Shown: in pieces, positions 1-10,076 of the stretch | How the letters are laid out: every line of letters begins with the position of its first letter | How positions within the stretch are numbered: the first letter of the stretch is position 1 | IMG/VR virus record: IMGVR_UViG_3300036715_002050 | Span: 32,001-96,000 of that record | Direction: 5' to 3' (one strand) | DNA from: a virus | Length of the DNA stretch: 64,000 nt | The notes under the pieces: generated by a model | What the model was told of the DNA's origin: nothing | What the model saw: only the letters and a program-made list of their open reading frames with translations | Database searches by the model: none | Translations under genes and position numbers: made by a program

Positions 1-117
1 CGGACAGCTCGGCAAACGCGCTGTCCGCTTTTTTAGATGACCCGGAAGAGTACGGGTGCGACTACAACATTTCCATGATGAAGTTAACTGTAGGAACTCC
101 TTTGAAAACGGTGACAA

Positions 118-3100
118 ATGACCAATAAATTCCGACAGCTTTGTAACCCGCACCAGCACCCACAGTCCTTGGACACCGCTTCCCCGCTAGAAAAATTCGT
201 GGACCGCGATATTGAACTTGGGTCGGGAGTTTCCACGATGACGGACCACGGGACCTTGGGTGGTGCCGTGGACTTCTACACTTATTGCAAGAAGAAGGAC
301 GACAAGAAGAACAAGAAGCCTATTCAACCGGTCATCGGCTTGGAGGGCTACGTGTTCGATCCTGATTGCGATATCTTGCGCGCGGGCGGCATTGATGGTG
401 AAGAAAACGTTCGCAAGTACAACAAGTATTACCATTTGACGATGCACGCACAAACCGAAAAGGCTTACTTGAAGTTGGTAAGCAAGTTGTCGCATGCGGA
501 CTTGAACAACTCGGTGTGGGCTGGCCAAGAGAAGAAGCCTTTGTTCACGTGGAAGGACTTGGAAGAATTAGGCCAAGAGGATATGACCTTTTGCTCTAGT
601 TGTTTGGCTGGTATCTGTGCCAACCACTTGAAGAAGGGGCGCCCCGATCTTGCCGAAGCTTACTACGCCCGCATGCGTTCGGTAGTGAAGCCCGGCAACT
701 TCTACGTAGAAGTGTTCCCGCACGTTACCACCCACCAGTGGACTGAAGGTTGCTTCGTGACGTTGAAGGACGGGCGTGTATTGCGTTTCCGTGACTCCAA
801 GCGCTTTGATGTCGGCGGCCAAGAGATCCCGGCGTCGTTGTTGCACCGCTACATCGGCAAGACATTGACCGGCACTTATCACTACCAAAAGATGGAAGCG
901 TTGGATTATCCATGCGAAATCATATCTGTCAAACTGGTCAAGGATTTCGTTCAGGACGAATGCACGCCCTTCGCTCCCGACGGCGACAATCAATTGTCGT
1001 GCAACCGCGTCATGCTGGAACTAGCGGCCAAGTACGGGGACAAAGTCTTGGTCAGCCTGGACAGCCACTATTCTACAGTGGATTATCGTCGCGTACAGGA
1101 CATTAAGAACTTGCAAGCGGGATGGGGTCCTTTCTTCGGCAACTACCACATCTACTCTTCCGACGAAGCGTTCACTTACTTCTCTTCCAAGATGGGTACG
1201 ACCGAAAAGCAGTACGAAGAGTGGATCGATAACTCCTACGAATGGGCTTCCAAGTTCAAGGATTTCAAGATCACTAAGCGCGACTTGCTACCTCGTTCCC
1301 GTTACCCTCAAGACACGGTCAAACACGTCTACGAACTGATCGAGAAGCACGGTCGCTATGATGGTAGCCCTGAGCAGAAAGAACGTCTAGAACGCGAAAT
1401 CACCCTATTCCACGACAACGGCACCCAAGACCTGTTGCCCTACTTTTTCACGGCAGAAGACTTTTGTGCTTACTATGCTTCCAAAGGATACTTGTCCGGT
1501 CCGGGTCGTGGGTCGGCTGCCGGTGTTCTTTTGTCTTACTTGTTGGAAATCACCCATGTTAACCCACTAAAGCACAATTTGTCTTTGGATCGCTTTATTA
1601 CTTTGGACCGTATTTTGTCAGGGAAGATGCCTGACATCGATACGGACTTCGGTGACGTCAGTGTGTTGACCGCTCCCGGTGGTTACTTGGACACTTTTTT
1701 CAAAGGAAAAGCTGCGCAAATTTCTACAGTAACGACGATGAAGCTCAAGTCTTCCATCCGTGACGTGTTCCGCCAAGTACACAAAGGCGGTATCCCATAC
1801 GAAGTAGACCGACTAGCGTTCGACTTGCCTGATGAGCCCCAAGGTATCAAGTCCTATGACTTCGTCTTTGGGTACGAAGACACTGATGGCAATCACATTG
1901 ATGGAGAGATCGAAACCAATAAAGAGTTGGCGGGCTTGGCTCGTCAATATCCTACGGAATGGGAACTCATTGTCAAGTGCTTAGCGGTCGTGCGCGGAAA
2001 GTCTCGACATGCTTCAGCTTTCGTATTGTCCGAAGACCTGATTGACTCTATCATTCCTTTGACTATCCAAAAGGATGATGACGGAGCCGGTATTGTGACC
2101 CAATACTCCATGACTGGGTGTGAAACCGTTGGTGGATTGAAGTTCGACTTCTTGGGGTTAAAGATGTTGAAAGACATCCAAGACGCCGTTAAGTTGATTC
2201 AGCAACGCAATCCTGTAGCTGATTGGTCACAGAAGTCCATAATCATCGATGGTCTGAAGGTCCAGACGTTCCGGGTGATCCCACACGAAGGCAAACTCTA
2301 CGACATTTACGACTTGCCTTATTCCAAGGAAGTGTTTTTGGAGATTTCTGAAGGCAAGACCGAAACGGTTTTCCAATTGAACACGTCTTCGGCGCGCAAG
2401 TGGCTGAAAGAGTTTGACTATTATCGACCAGACACAGACGTCAAGTTGATTAACGGACTTGACGACGTGGGTATCTTTACAGCTTTGGACCGCCCAGGTC
2501 CTTTGGACGCCAAGATGCGCTCGTCGGATGGTGACGAAATCAACATGTTGCAGGAGTACGCTCGTCGAGTTCGAGGCATTCAGAACCCGGAAGCGATCAA
2601 GATCATGGAAGAACTATTGCCCGAGACGTTCGGGGTAATGGTTACCCAAGAACAGCTACAGCGTTTGTACCAGAACTTGACTGGGTGCAACGGTATCGAA
2701 GCCAACACATTCCGTGACAAGATCGGCAAGAAGAAGATGGAAGAAGTGATGGCGATGAAACCGTACTTCATCAAAAACGCCGAGCCCAAGATCGGGTTGG
2801 CGAATGCGGAAGCTGTGTGGTCGCAAATCGTGACGTGTGGCAACTATTGCATCGATGCAACTCAGCGTCTGTTGACAGATCGTGGCTCTATGTCTATGCT
2901 GGACGTCGTGGCGACCCCAGGGGTGAAGGTCGCTTCGATGGGGTCGCAGGGAATGGAATTCATCGAGCCGGAAGCTAAGTGGTGCAGTGGAGAGAAAGAG
3001 GTACTAGAGGTTGAATTGGAAGACGGAACGATTATTCGTGCTACTGGTGATCACAAGTTCTTATACGAAGGTGGGTGGGTTACATTAAACGACTTAATCT

Positions 3101-3141
3101 CCATTGGTGAAATGGAGATTTCATATGGCATTGAAGATTGA
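118..3141 (+). CDS. dnaE: DNA polymerase III alpha, N-terminal half, ending in N-split intein (from 2848)
   Basis: PHP motifs (TDHG, GLEGY, DSHY), GPGRGSAAG, MPDIDTDF, KFDFLGL. The C-terminus CIDATQ...LEDGTIIRATGDHKF is an intein N-half. Confidence 0.95.
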   Translation: MTNKFRQLCNPHQHPQSLDTASPLEKFVDRDIELGSGVSTMTDHGTLGGAVDFYTYCKKKDDKKNKKPIQPVIGLEGYVFDPDCDILRAGGIDGEENVRKYNKYYHLTMHAQTEKAYLKLVSKLSHADLNNSVWAGQEKKPLFTWKDLEELGQEDMTFCSSCLAGICANHLKKGRPDLAEAYYARMRSVVKPGNFYVEVFPHVTTHQWTEGCFVTLKDGRVLRFRDSKRFDVGGQEIPASLLHRYIGKTLTGTYHYQKMEALDYPCEIISVKLVKDFVQDECTPFAPDGDNQLSCNRVMLELAAKYGDKVLVSLDSHYSTVDYRRVQDIKNLQAGWGPFFGNYHIYSSDEAFTYFSSKMGTTEKQYEEWIDNSYEWASKFKDFKITKRDLLPRSRYPQDTVKHVYELIEKHGRYDGSPEQKERLEREITLFHDNGTQDLLPYFFTAEDFCAYYASKGYLSGPGRGSAAGVLLSYLLEITHVNPLKHNLSLDRFITLDRILSGKMPDIDTDFGDVSVLTAPGGYLDTFFKGKAAQISTVTTMKLKSSIRDVFRQVHKGGIPYEVDRLAFDLPDEPQGIKSYDFVFGYEDTDGNHIDGEIETNKELAGLARQYPTEWELIVKCLAVVRGKSRHASAFVLSEDLIDSIIPLTIQKDDDGAGIVTQYSMTGCETVGGLKFDFLGLKMLKDIQDAVKLIQQRNPVADWSQKSIIIDGLKVQTFRVIPHEGKLYDIYDLPYSKEVFLEISEGKTETVFQLNTSSARKWLKEFDYYRPDTDVKLINGLDDVGIFTALDRPGPLDAKMRSSDGDEINMLQEYARRVRGIQNPEAIKIMEELLPETFGVMVTQEQLQRLYQNLTGCNGIEANTFRDKIGKKKMEEVMAMKPYFIKNAEPKIGLANAEAVWSQIVTCGNYCIDATQRLLTDRGSMSMLDVVATPGVKVASMGSQGMEFIEPEAKWCSGEKEVLEVELEDGTIIRATGDHKFLYEGGWVTLNDLISIGEMEISYGIED

Positions 3142-4186
3142 ATGTGGTTGTGGTCGAGAAGTTACGACTAACACTTGGTTGAATCACGTAAAAAGTTCTA
3201 AGTGCGAACTTCCAGATAAAACGTTTTATCTGGAAGTTCTTTCTTTGGTTAAGAAACACAAAAGAGGCTGGTTAAAGACACTCAAAGGCGAAGCCGTTGC
3301 CGACAGACAGTGGTTTATAAAAGTCTTAAATGGAGTGAATTCTACAGAAGACTTTGTTTTTGACCCGCCACGTCCACTGGGACAAATCAGAAAGTCTTCT
3401 GCCAAAATTAGCTCTGAATTGCGCAAGGGCTCAAAGAATCCGTCGGTAAAATCCAAGAGTTTTAATTTTACCGTAGAACAAGTAAAAGAGCGGGCCAAAC
3501 AACTGTATCAGACAGGGGCTACAGCACGGAGCGTCTTAAAAATTTTAAAGGCAGAGTTTAAAGATTTTCGCTTTTTGATTTCTGACCAGGGTTTAAAAAA
3601 GGCTGTAGATATCGTCTCTTGGTTGACTGGCGTATCCGTTCAGCAATTAAAAGCAGAAGGTATCAAGTACCGAGGGATAAGAATCGCTATTGGCCAGCAA
3701 GCCTCACCCACAATGAAAGAGGTGCGTTCTCGAAACGCGGCTACATTGTTTTCTAAGTGGAAAATCAGTCGCCCCCATTTAGAGTTATACCAAATGATAC
3801 TGTCAGTTGATCCAGAAGCAAAGATGGAACAAAAGTTAAAGGGTACGCATAAATGGTTTTCTTATGATATTTACTCACCCAAACTCAATGCGATGATAGA
3901 GATGCATGGTGCTTTTTGGCACACGGTCCCCGGTCCAAAGACCAAAGGACGCGTTCTTAAAATGATCAAACATAATTTGGTCAATGATGTTTTTAAAGCT
4001 GAGACGGCGATAGAACAAGGGTTTCGTCTAGAGATTTTTTGGGATAAAGATTCGTTACAGTGGGAAGAAAGGATAAAGGCTCTTTATGACAAGCAACCAA
4101 TTAGCTACAAAGAAGCTCAAGATAAAGTCGGTCAAGCAATTGGGTATCCGGCCCGTTTACGATCTGACCGTACCAAAAAATTATAA
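3125..4186 (+). CDS. Free-standing Vsr/DUF559-like PD-(D/E)XK homing endonuclease
   Basis: C-terminal YDIY..KLNAMIEMHGAFWH motif. Basic protein, AT-richer than its flanks, located between the intein halves. GGAG precedes ATG 3125. Confidence 0.75.
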   Translation: MALKIECGCGREVTTNTWLNHVKSSKCELPDKTFYLEVLSLVKKHKRGWLKTLKGEAVADRQWFIKVLNGVNSTEDFVFDPPRPLGQIRKSSAKISSELRKGSKNPSVKSKSFNFTVEQVKERAKQLYQTGATARSVLKILKAEFKDFRFLISDQGLKKAVDIVSWLTGVSVQQLKAEGIKYRGIRIAIGQQASPTMKEVRSRNAATLFSKWKISRPHLELYQMILSVDPEAKMEQKLKGTHKWFSYDIYSPKLNAMIEMHGAFWHTVPGPKTKGRVLKMIKHNLVNDVFKAETAIEQGFRLEIFWDKDSLQWEERIKALYDKQPISYKEAQDKVGQAIGYPARLRSDRTKKL

Positions 4187-5348
4187 CTTTGTGTTGGAAA
4201 ATGGAGCGGTAGCTCACAACTGTTTCAACTACAGCCACTCGGTTTCTTACGCATATGTGGCGTACGTAGGCGCATTCTTGAAGCACTACTACCCTACGGA
4301 ATGGTGGTGTGCTGTTCTAGCAAACGCCGACAAGACCAAAATCTTTGAAGAACATTGGTCGCATGTGAAGGACATGGTTGTGATGCCTGACATCAACCAA
4401 TCGCAAGATCGTTTCGTGATCCGTCACGACAACAAGATCATTGCTCCGTTGGAGTTCTTGAAAGGCGTGGCGGAGAAGTCCCATGCGGAATTATGTGCCA
4501 ATCGCCCATACAAAGACTTGGACGACTTTTGCCAAAAGATTCAACAGCAAAAAGCAGACACCGCATCGGTAGCGGAAGACGGCAAACCAAAGGCAGGACG
4601 TTCAGCAATCCACATCGGCGTAGTGTCGTCTTTGATTTTGACCGGAGCCATGGATTCGATTATGCCTCCCGGTTTGGACTTGTACGAAAAGTTCGACGCG
4701 TTTGCCGCCGCGCAAGCCCGATCTTTGACCAAGCCTGGCGCCAAGAAGACCAAGAAAGCTAAGCCCATTACGACTTTGGCTGGACTAAGTCCTATTGGTA
4801 TCTATCAAAAGCAAAAGGTGATTTTACCCATCTATACGCAAGACTTGCGCGAGCGTTTGGGAGGGACCGGGATCAAGGAAATCGTCCAGCAGCCAATCCG
4901 CCACTCGTCCGGGCGCGTCACCAACGCTTACTCCTATGAGATCCAGCGTGCCGGTGGTGAACTATTGCAGTTCCATTTTGCCGACGCTAAAGAATTTTTG
5001 TCCATTAACAAGGACCGAACGCGTCAATGTCCAATCAACGCCGCATTGATTGGTTTTGTCATGGAAGATCGTGTGTTTACTTACAAGGACAAAACCACCC
5101 GCAAGCAGAAGTCCGCTTACAAGTTGACGTTCGAAGTTGAAGGGCATATCATGGACTTTGTGAAGTGGGGCAACCCTAAGACCGGCTTGCTAGAAAAGTA
5201 TATTATGAACCGACCAGACGGTACTTCTCTTAAGGGCGCCGTCGTGATACTGTTGCTTCAGAAGTGGAATCCATCACGTGATTTTTCGGCCAACGGCATT
5301 ATTGTTGTCCAAGACCCGCTAGTCTCCAAAAAGGAAGAAGATGAGTAA
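4086..5348 (+). CDS. dnaE: DNA polymerase III alpha, C-terminal half, starting with C-split intein (4086-4220)
   Basis: KIKSVKQLGIRPVYDLTV..NYNFVLENGAVAHN|CFNYSHSVSYA: intein C-half followed by the DnaE FNxSH motif. Confidence 0.93.
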   Translation: MTSNQLATKKLKIKSVKQLGIRPVYDLTVPKNYNFVLENGAVAHNCFNYSHSVSYAYVAYVGAFLKHYYPTEWWCAVLANADKTKIFEEHWSHVKDMVVMPDINQSQDRFVIRHDNKIIAPLEFLKGVAEKSHAELCANRPYKDLDDFCQKIQQQKADTASVAEDGKPKAGRSAIHIGVVSSLILTGAMDSIMPPGLDLYEKFDAFAAAQARSLTKPGAKKTKKAKPITTLAGLSPIGIYQKQKVILPIYTQDLRERLGGTGIKEIVQQPIRHSSGRVTNAYSYEIQRAGGELLQFHFADAKEFLSINKDRTRQCPINAALIGFVMEDRVFTYKDKTTRKQKSAYKLTFEVEGHIMDFVKWGNPKTGLLEKYIMNRPDGTSLKGAVVILLLQKWNPSRDFSANGIIVVQDPLVSKKEEDE

Positions 5349-6219
5349 CCTAAAAGTAAAACCAGACCAATTAAGCCGCATCTTGAACGAAATGACTTTT
5401 GCCAAGCAGACTTTGGCAGTAGACGTGACCAAGGTGCAACCACAAACGCGCAACAGTTGGTTGGGCGCCCAGAACATGGCACTACAAGCCATCGAACGTC
5501 TACGTAAAGAGTATTTACAGATTGCCCGCGAAGTCACGGGGTATATTATCTTGCGTGGACCAATCGAAGAACAGCGTCAATGGGCATCGCAAGTGTCTGT
5601 ACGTTCCGGCGCCATCGTAGTTGACGTCATGCGTCAATTGATCGAGCCAATGGCTTTGAAGATGCGCTACGACGTTGTGGGTCACGCAATCAACGTAGAC
5701 GACTTGATTGCCATTCACTATATGTTGGACGAGCACCGCTATCAAGCTGACTTGGGCACCGCTTATTTCGAACCAAATTTGCCCGGGATCTTGCAAAGAA
5801 GTATCCGTTCGCTGCCTGAGTTACAGATGTTGGTCCGAGACTATGGGACCAAGACGATGCCGCGTGAGTGGTGGGCTGATTGGATCGAAAAGAACTCCAT
5901 CGATAACGCCATCGACAAAAGCAGCAACAGAAGCACTTTAAGGGTTGTGGTGGTCGGTTTGGACGATAATCTTGTATCTAGTTTCGGGTCTAGAAAAGTC
6001 CTCGTTGCAAGCACAAAAGACTATGTAAGAGAAACTGTAGCTGCTCTGCAAAATCTTTTGACGCCTGGTGAAAACGATGATACTATAGCTCCCGAAGTTG
6101 TAGCACCGGTACCGGTTGAACCGGCACCAGAAGAAGTAAAGTCCATAGAAGAACCAACTAACAAGCCACGTGCGGGAAGACCGCCAAAGGCATCGAAAAC
6201 GGATAATAAAAAGGAATAA
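5341..6219 (+). CDS. Hypothetical protein
   Basis: 292-aa ORF tightly coupled to its neighbours. Confidence 0.75.
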   Translation: MSNLKVKPDQLSRILNEMTFAKQTLAVDVTKVQPQTRNSWLGAQNMALQAIERLRKEYLQIAREVTGYIILRGPIEEQRQWASQVSVRSGAIVVDVMRQLIEPMALKMRYDVVGHAINVDDLIAIHYMLDEHRYQADLGTAYFEPNLPGILQRSIRSLPELQMLVRDYGTKTMPREWWADWIEKNSIDNAIDKSSNRSTLRVVVVGLDDNLVSSFGSRKVLVASTKDYVRETVAALQNLLTPGENDDTIAPEVVAPVPVEPAPEEVKSIEEPTNKPRAGRPPKASKTDNKKE

Positions 6220-6220
6220 A

Positions 6221-7192
6221 ATGGCAACTCAAATTGGCGAAGCAAAGTTTACTGAAGGCAAGACGTTCGCAGCAAAGACATATCACCGTATCGAAGATGG
6301 CGTTTCTTTCTACAGAATTCTGCCTCCGATCAAAGAATGTGCAAAAACCGGTGAATGGATGGTTGAATACCGTACGCACTTTGGTTTCTACGGTGTAGAA
6401 AAAGAAGGCAAGCGTCCAATGCGTGTGTGGTTGTGCCCAGAAGAAGGGCGTTACAACCCCCGTACGAAGAAGTTCGATATTATCCCAGGAAAAGAGTGTA
6501 AGGAATGCGCAAAGATCCGTGCAGTCAAGACTATCTTGAAGGGATATGAGGCGGACTTCATTACCAAAGGTAAGGACGAAAAACAAGCGTTCAAGTTAGC
6601 TCGTGAACTACCGGCTGCAAAGCCTGCTGTCGATTTCGAATCCACCCACAACTTGTCGATCAAGGGGTTTTGCAATGCTTTGTCCAATGATGACAAGATT
6701 GGCCAACTAGGTATCCCGAAAGGAACCGCGAAGGAATTGCGCGCTGCTTTTGCTAAGCACATGGCTGACACCCAAGAAAGTGCCGTAGCTCCTTCTACGG
6801 GGGTATGGGTCAAGTTCGAAAAGTCTGGCAAGGGTTTCAAGACCGAATACAAGCAGTCGTTTGAAACGGTCGTGCAAGTGGTCGGCAAGCAGAAGGTCGC
6901 AGTACCAGTCCAACACGTCCTATCGGAAGAACAAATCGAGCGCTTGGATGCGGAAGGCTTTGATTTGAAGGACTTGTTCTTAAAGCCTACGTGTGAACAA
7001 GTTGCCCGCATCGTTGACAGTGATTACGACCCGGTAATCATTGACGAAATCAACAAGACGCTGTGGGACGCCAAGATCGAACGCGAGCGTGCCGCCGCCG
7101 AAGCTAAGGCCGCAGCCGAACCGAAGTTTGTAGAAGGACAAGGTGCTGACAACGCATTCGCGGAAGACAGCAACGCCGACATCCCTTTCTAA
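6221..7192 (+). CDS. Single-stranded DNA-binding protein (gp32-like)
   Basis: YRILPP, H..C..CxxC, KSGKGFKTEY and an acidic tail ending DIPF. Lies in the replication module. Confidence 0.75.
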   Translation: MATQIGEAKFTEGKTFAAKTYHRIEDGVSFYRILPPIKECAKTGEWMVEYRTHFGFYGVEKEGKRPMRVWLCPEEGRYNPRTKKFDIIPGKECKECAKIRAVKTILKGYEADFITKGKDEKQAFKLARELPAAKPAVDFESTHNLSIKGFCNALSNDDKIGQLGIPKGTAKELRAAFAKHMADTQESAVAPSTGVWVKFEKSGKGFKTEYKQSFETVVQVVGKQKVAVPVQHVLSEEQIERLDAEGFDLKDLFLKPTCEQVARIVDSDYDPVIIDEINKTLWDAKIERERAAAEAKAAAEPKFVEGQGADNAFAEDSNADIPF

Positions 7193-7211
7193 GCAAAGCC
7201 GCTAGATAATC

Positions 7212-7244
7212 GCAAGAGCCTCGTGGATACGAGGCTCTTGCTTT
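7212..7244 (+). terminator. Intrinsic terminator
   Basis: GCAAGAGCCTCGT-GGAT-ACGAGGCTCTTGC followed by TTT. Confidence 0.7.
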
Positions 7245-7283
7245 ATGTAAGCTAACGAGCTATACTGCTTGTCAGGAGTCGTC

Positions 7284-7739
7284 ATGGAAATCGAAATCAC
7301 TAGAGAATACATTCGCTATCCCAAAGAAGACCAAACGGAATTATCGACGTTGAACATGTCAGACGTTTGTGTGGCTTTGGAGAGCATCGACAAGGTCGCT
7401 CACGTGACCCGTGGATCGGCCCCCGGACTCATGTCCTTGTTTAACAGTGCGTACAAACAGCTAGGAGAAAAGGCGGTGTATATCCGCTATCAAGTAAGCC
7501 GCACCGAAAACGAGATCAACAAGCGTCGGGCAGAAATCTTGTTAGATCCCGCCAATAGCAAGCTGGGTAACGCCGCGATGCGCGAAGCACGGATAGTCAC
7601 GGATTCCGCATATCAAACTTTGTTGAATCACAAGGATATGCTGGACGCTATCTTGAAATACTTAGAATTGCAAATAAAGTCGGTAGACATGGCTTACATG
7701 GCTACCAAAAAGTGTTATGACTCGTTGTATCAACCGTAA
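7284..7739 (+). CDS. UvsY-like recombination mediator (putative)
   Basis: Small helical ORF between SSB and RecA, with AMREARIVTDSAYQ pattern. Confidence 0.45.
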   Translation: MEIEITREYIRYPKEDQTELSTLNMSDVCVALESIDKVAHVTRGSAPGLMSLFNSAYKQLGEKAVYIRYQVSRTENEINKRRAEILLDPANSKLGNAAMREARIVTDSAYQTLLNHKDMLDAILKYLELQIKSVDMAYMATKKCYDSLYQP

Positions 7740-7786
7740 GTAGTATCAACCACGTGGCAGCAAACCGGTAATCGCAAAGGAACAAA

Positions 7787-8947
7787 ATGGCTCCAAGAGT
7801 AAATCAAGCAACAGGGATAGCGACAGCAACCAAGGTGAATTTATCGGACTTTTTCAAAAACACTCGTGGGCGTGTAGACCACAAGCGCGACCCATTCGAA
7901 TTCGGAATCCGTTCATCCAGTCCTTCTGCCAACTTTATTTACGGAAACAGCCATCGCCTGCCAAACGGTGGCGTCATGTGCTTGTGGGGCTTGCCCAAGT
8001 CCGGCAAGAGCTTATTGACTTACGACATGACGGCTCAAGTGCATCGTGATGACCCGGAAGCCGTGGTACTGAAGTGGAACACGGAATTCCGCGAGACGTT
8101 CCAAATGACCCCTAAGCAGTTGGTGTCGTGGGGGATTGATACCAACCGCTACCAAGCCTTCGAAATCAATACACCAGATTTGTTTGATGATATTCAGCGT
8201 GAAATTCCACGCTTGGTCGAAGCTGGTGCAAAGATCGGCATGGTTATTATTGACTCGCTGTCCAACATCTTGGGCATGAATGCTGTCAACCAGGATTCTG
8301 TTGAAACCCAATTGCGTGGCGACCAAGCTAAGACCATCCAAACCGGTCTATCACGCATCATCGCGCTGTTCCGTGTCTACAAGATCCCATTGGTATTAAC
8401 CGCTCAAGTCCGTGCGGAACAAGATCCCAACAAGGCCAAGTATAATCCTTACACGATGGCTGGTGGTTTTTACTTGAAGCACACTGCTGAATACTTCATC
8501 AAGATTTCACGTGATAACTCCAAGGAAGGTAAGGAAGACTTACAAGGCAACGTATTCTTGTCGGAATTGAAGGACACTTTGGGGGACGCAGAAGCAACTG
8601 GTCACAAGATCAAGCTAGAGATGACCGGCAACTCGTGCGGACCTGTTGGACGAAGCGCTTCTATCACGGTCGACTACCGCAGAGGGTTTATCAACCAACA
8701 CGAAGAGGTATTCTTGCTGGGACGTGGGCGCGGTTTGATCGATTGGGCGGGTAAGACCTACTCCTACAAGGACCGCAAGTGGGTAGGTAAGGCTACTTGC
8801 CTGCAAGCCTTGAAAGAGGATCCGGTTTTGTGCAAGGAGATCGTAGACGAGTTAATCCGTCAAGACCGTGAGCAAGACTATCCGCAACTATCACAAGGGA
8901 AGGTGTTGTCGGATTCGATTGAAGAGGAAGGCGTCACCCTTGACTAA
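7787..8947 (+). CDS. RecA/UvsX-like recombinase
   Basis: Walker A GLPKSGKS, Walker B VIIDSL, TAQVR, MAGG. Confidence 0.88.
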   Translation: MAPRVNQATGIATATKVNLSDFFKNTRGRVDHKRDPFEFGIRSSSPSANFIYGNSHRLPNGGVMCLWGLPKSGKSLLTYDMTAQVHRDDPEAVVLKWNTEFRETFQMTPKQLVSWGIDTNRYQAFEINTPDLFDDIQREIPRLVEAGAKIGMVIIDSLSNILGMNAVNQDSVETQLRGDQAKTIQTGLSRIIALFRVYKIPLVLTAQVRAEQDPNKAKYNPYTMAGGFYLKHTAEYFIKISRDNSKEGKEDLQGNVFLSELKDTLGDAEATGHKIKLEMTGNSCGPVGRSASITVDYRRGFINQHEEVFLLGRGRGLIDWAGKTYSYKDRKWVGKATCLQALKEDPVLCKEIVDELIRQDREQDYPQLSQGKVLSDSIEEEGVTLD

Positions 8948-9014
8948 GGCGGACCTTCCGGGCTAAGGTGCGGGCGTGGGCGATATCGCCCACGCCCTTT
9001 TTATAGGAGCCCGC

Positions 9015-10064
9015 ATGTTACAGGTTGACCCAGCCGTTCTTCGTGAAACCATCAAAGAGTTAGGGTTGTCCCCAAAGAACACTTCTAATTCTTATATTTT
9101 TGTTTGTCCGATCTGTGGCAAGGACAAGTTGTACATGCACAAAAAGATCGGGTTCTTCAAGTGCTTTGTATGCGCGGACTCCCAAGGCTTCAAGGGGGCA
9201 TGTGATTACGGACTAGCAAAGCTGTCCGGCAAGAAGACATCCGATATCAAGCAACTTTTGTATGGCGCCGTCAAGTTTGAAGTAGAATGGACGACAGATT
9301 GGAAGTGGGCCCCATACGAAGATTTGATGGATGAACTGGTCTTTGAAACGGTCTTGGACGATACCCCGACCACACCGGTAGCAGCACAATACCCCCTCGG
9401 CATCTTCCCTTATGGAACTCGTCAATTCGTGCCCGCTTTGAAGTATTTGCTAGGTCGCGGTGTCACCATCCAACAGATGATCGACTACGAACTGCAATAT
9501 GACATTAAGCAACAGCGCGTGGTGTTTCCTGTCACATACAACAAGATGCTAATCGGGTGGCAAGGTCGCTACATCAACGATTGCATCAAAAAGAATCGTG
9601 AAGGAGAAGTTGTTTATCGCATCCCCAAAATCTTGACCAGTGCCGGACTTACGGGCGGGCGGTTTTTCATGTTCTGGGACCAAAGCTTGACTCATCCGTC
9701 CGATTCGGTCATTCTATGTGAAGGGCCTGTGTCGGGCCTCCACGCCATGCTGCCGGGGTTGGCCCCAGCTATCGTCTCCATGGGCAAGAGCATCACTCAA
9801 GCCCAGCTAGCGCTTCTGGCAACCCATCCTGCGGCCCGGGTGTATCTGTGCCTCGACCCCGACGCGGCGACGGATTGCCAACGCATCTTGGACATTCTGA
9901 CCGAAGAATGTCCATCAAAGCAGATCTATTTTATGCAAGTCCCAAAGCACCGAGACGACGTCGGCGCTTGTACGTCAGAAGAAGTAACAGAAATGTTTAA
10001 CGAAGCAAAGTTGATCAGACCACCTTACATTTTTACGTACTTCAAAGAAGCAACCCGGTGGTAA
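9015..10064 (+). CDS. DNA primase (Zn finger + TOPRIM)
   Basis: CPIC...CFVC, VVFPV, GWQGR, CEG, LDPD. Confidence 0.85.
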   Translation: MLQVDPAVLRETIKELGLSPKNTSNSYIFVCPICGKDKLYMHKKIGFFKCFVCADSQGFKGACDYGLAKLSGKKTSDIKQLLYGAVKFEVEWTTDWKWAPYEDLMDELVFETVLDDTPTTPVAAQYPLGIFPYGTRQFVPALKYLLGRGVTIQQMIDYELQYDIKQQRVVFPVTYNKMLIGWQGRYINDCIKKNREGEVVYRIPKILTSAGLTGGRFFMFWDQSLTHPSDSVILCEGPVSGLHAMLPGLAPAIVSMGKSITQAQLALLATHPAARVYLCLDPDAATDCQRILDILTEECPSKQIYFMQVPKHRDDVGACTSEEVTEMFNEAKLIRPPYIFTYFKEATRW

Positions 10065-10076
10065 CAGAAAGGAACC

